DNA of 51,503 nt, counting the filler, from Catajapyx aquilonaris (taxonomy: Eukaryota): NCBI GenBank assembly GCA_000934665.2. It is 2 parts of 2 records of this genome, joined end to end, with 100 filler letters (N's around TTAATTAATTAA, not from the genome) between each part and the next. Parts side by side here need not be neighbours in the genome. Positions count along the whole stretch, not along the records: positions 25,806 to 51,503 come from JYFJ02005318.1; 1 more part is not named here. One strand, written 5' to 3'. Shown here in pieces: positions 49,453 through 51,503 of this stretch. A model generated the notes under the pieces. It ran no database searches, was not told where the DNA came from, and saw only the letters and a program-made list of their open reading frames with translations. Position 1 is the first letter of the stretch; each line of letters opens with the position of its first letter. The position numbers and the translations under genes are program-made.

Positions 49453-50860
49453 GTAGTAGTAGTAGTAGTATGACTGCAGAAGGGCCCATAAAGCCTAGCA
49501 GGATAATAAAACGTATTATTATTTACTCTTGTTATTATTAGTAGTAGTAGTATGTGTTTTTCAACTCTTTCAGGCAACCTGCAACTGCATTGGAAAATGT
49601 CCTGTGGACCCCCGATGGAGAAGGCAATTGCAGTGGTCAGGGTAAAACCCTGCGACCCCCCACAATTCGCATAGAGATAGAACCGCACAGAACATCGCTG
49701 AGGCGACTGCACTGACTCCTGACCTCTGACCTAAAGCAAATTAATGTGACGAATGATCTGCTTGCATTTCAACTTCTTCTGCTGAAGGAGTGACCTTCAC
49801 CTTTACCAACAATCCCGAGGCCAGACCACTCCCATTATTATTGCCCTGAGGGAACAGTCCTGGATGGCAACCTTGATGCCAACAACTCGACAAGGCGAAC
49901 ATCGCTGGTGTTCAAATTTAAAACGAAATACAGAAGACCAATAATACCGAAACAGGGAAGACAGCAAGGAAGATCTTCCCTGCGGTTCACTAATAAATTT
50001 AATTGTGAGTAAACCTTTTCCTGCCTTCTCCACACCTGTCTTACATCCAGACGTGCGATGCTGGACATTTTCTTGGAAGCAGCCCTTGTGGGAATGGAAT
50101 ATTAGTTTACCAGAAGGAAATGAAATACAGTACATGTTTTAGAAAGTTATAAATAAAAAGAAACGTTTTTTTTTGTTTGTTCGTCCATTTCATACCCATA
50201 CGCCCTCATTTCCGTTATATACGCAATGGGGTTATCATATAGAAACAGGCCGTGCGAATATCGCTTTTCCCGTTCAAATACAAACAAGACAATCTTACAG
50301 TATATATTATGTTAATAATAAATGCAACATACCGCATTTTTACATAAGAATTATTTTGTATAATTTATGTCCTCATACACATACCATACCAATGAAACCA
50401 TAGGCATATTACAATATCCAAAAGTTATACAGAAGAGCGACGCATTTGACCCCATCCGCTACTAGCACTCACCAGTAAGTCAAAAGATAAGCTGGCGCAA
50501 TAAGCCGGGCCTGATCAGGTATAGCAGATGATGCCAACAACATGCGACAAAATACACAGCTGAGTCGCATATAAAGATGATATTATACAGTATATAAGAT
50601 CAATAATTTCAGACTTGTATTACCTGCATGATTTCCACACCATGTAGCAAGAAGAAGAACAAGTTAGTGTTCGCTTACCAAGGTGCGGTTAGACATGGGA
50701 ATGACGACTTCAACGGACACACACAGGTGAGGATGATGCGGGTCCCAGCAGAGATGGGCAGCGACTGAAACCCAACAACCCTTTGACCTCCTTTCTGTGT
50801 CGTTCCAAACAGGTCTCCATAATAAATACTCCATGGCAACCAGTCATGACTACATGTCAA
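48900..50860 (-). pseudogene. Decayed SLC22-like gene
   Basis: LTCSHDWL (about 50850; cf. DLVC...WL); GLLYFVLNLNTSD..LVELLA (49939-49877; cf. SLVYYGLSLN...LVE.PA); VAGPLMQLAET (about 49130; cf. AGLL.L.LPET). Confidence 0.55.
49419..49470. repeat. Compound (TTA)n(GTA)n microsatellite
   Basis: Directly visible. Confidence 0.95.
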
Positions 50861-50949
50861 TGGGACTGAGCAGTGTAGCCAACAGAATCAACAACAATGG
50901 GACCCGCGTATATAGTCGCAATATAATAAGGCGCATTCTATTGAAATAC

Positions 50950-51370
50950 TAGGCGTATTCGGCAATTCAGATTATTCTGAGATGCGCCGCACGGCCGAAC
51001 TGAGAGACCCCCCCTACCCGCCTGTGCTGCATCCCAGTGATATGCCAATGTTCGGGTATTTCGGTGCCGTATTTCGAACGCTTGCGGGTAATGGTGCGGG
51101 TAAAATGAAAATGCGGGTAAAATCGGGTGTTTTCAGGTCCTCTTGCGGGGTTTTCGGGCATTTTGCATTGGCAACACTGCTGCATCAATAACAATAATTT
51201 GTTTGTTAATTGTTTCTCAGCAAGTAAGTCAGGTCAGGAGTACACTAAGTTCCTGAGCTTGGGAAGTCAGGTAGGGCGCATGCGCACTTACTTCAGGGGG
51301 CGTGGCACCTGATTTGCCGAACATACAAACAGCCCAGGAAGTCAGATTCCTGAATTGCCGAATACGCCTA
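50950..51370. mobile_element. Non-autonomous TIR element (MITE)
   Basis: Perfect 21-bp inverted repeat taggcgtattcggcaattcag / ctgaattgccgaatacgccta, with internal gcgggta-type subterminal repeats. No 8-bp TSD was seen. Confidence 0.8.
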
Positions 51371-51458
51371 CTGATTCAACATGAAAATATTATTCTCTGA
51401 CGACGCTATAAGTAGTTGGTAATAGGACTGTTCTGGCCCACTTCCGGCCATTGTTCTC

Positions 51459-51498
51459 ACTTCCGGTCTGAACTTCCGGTCTGAACTTCCGGTCTGAA
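51459..51498. repeat. 13-bp tandem repeat (acttccggtctga)x3
   Basis: Directly visible near the window edge. Confidence 0.9.
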
Positions 51499-51503
51499 CA
51501 CTT

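Noticed and set aside
51459..51503. CRISPR-like array
   Set aside because: Direct tandem units with no spacers, in eukaryotic DNA, with no cas genes.

Overview
Eukaryotic, intron-containing DNA from an invertebrate. The Yan-type ETS protein points to an arthropod or close relative. There is no CRISPR array, rRNA or intact tRNA. Three protein-coding genes can be reconstructed exon by exon, all on the minus strand: (1) a strongly diverged Munc13-4/BAIAP3-family gene (C2A + MUN; 5360 to 615, continuing off the left edge) that needs two GC-AG introns and lacks the usual Ca2+-binding aspartates in C2A; (2) a 3-exon F-box/LRR gene (12559-11108, 395 aa); (3) a 5-coding-exon yan/aop (ETV6/TEL-like) SAM-PNT + ETS gene (21227-16935, 488 aa), with miR-7, miR-1 and K-box seed matches in its 3' UTR and a same-strand cluster of AGGTCA and ETS sites upstream. 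Two decayed copies of the 3' half of a Munc13-4-like gene (about 5.8-6.8 kb and 13.7-15.3 kb) form a local duplication. Comparing them exposes filled and empty sites for two back-to-back Harbinger-like MITEs and a 42-bp mini-element. A tRNA-derived SINE (14-bp TSD) and an internally deleted LINE share a distinctive 3' end, suggesting a SINE-LINE partner pair. The apparently empty 30-51 kb region reads as a graveyard of several heavily decayed, co-oriented SLC22-like (MFS) transporter copies, mixed with MITEs and microsatellites. All family assignments come from motif recognition by eye, not from database searches. An artificial 100-bp gap linker at 25706-25805 makes distances across it unreliable.
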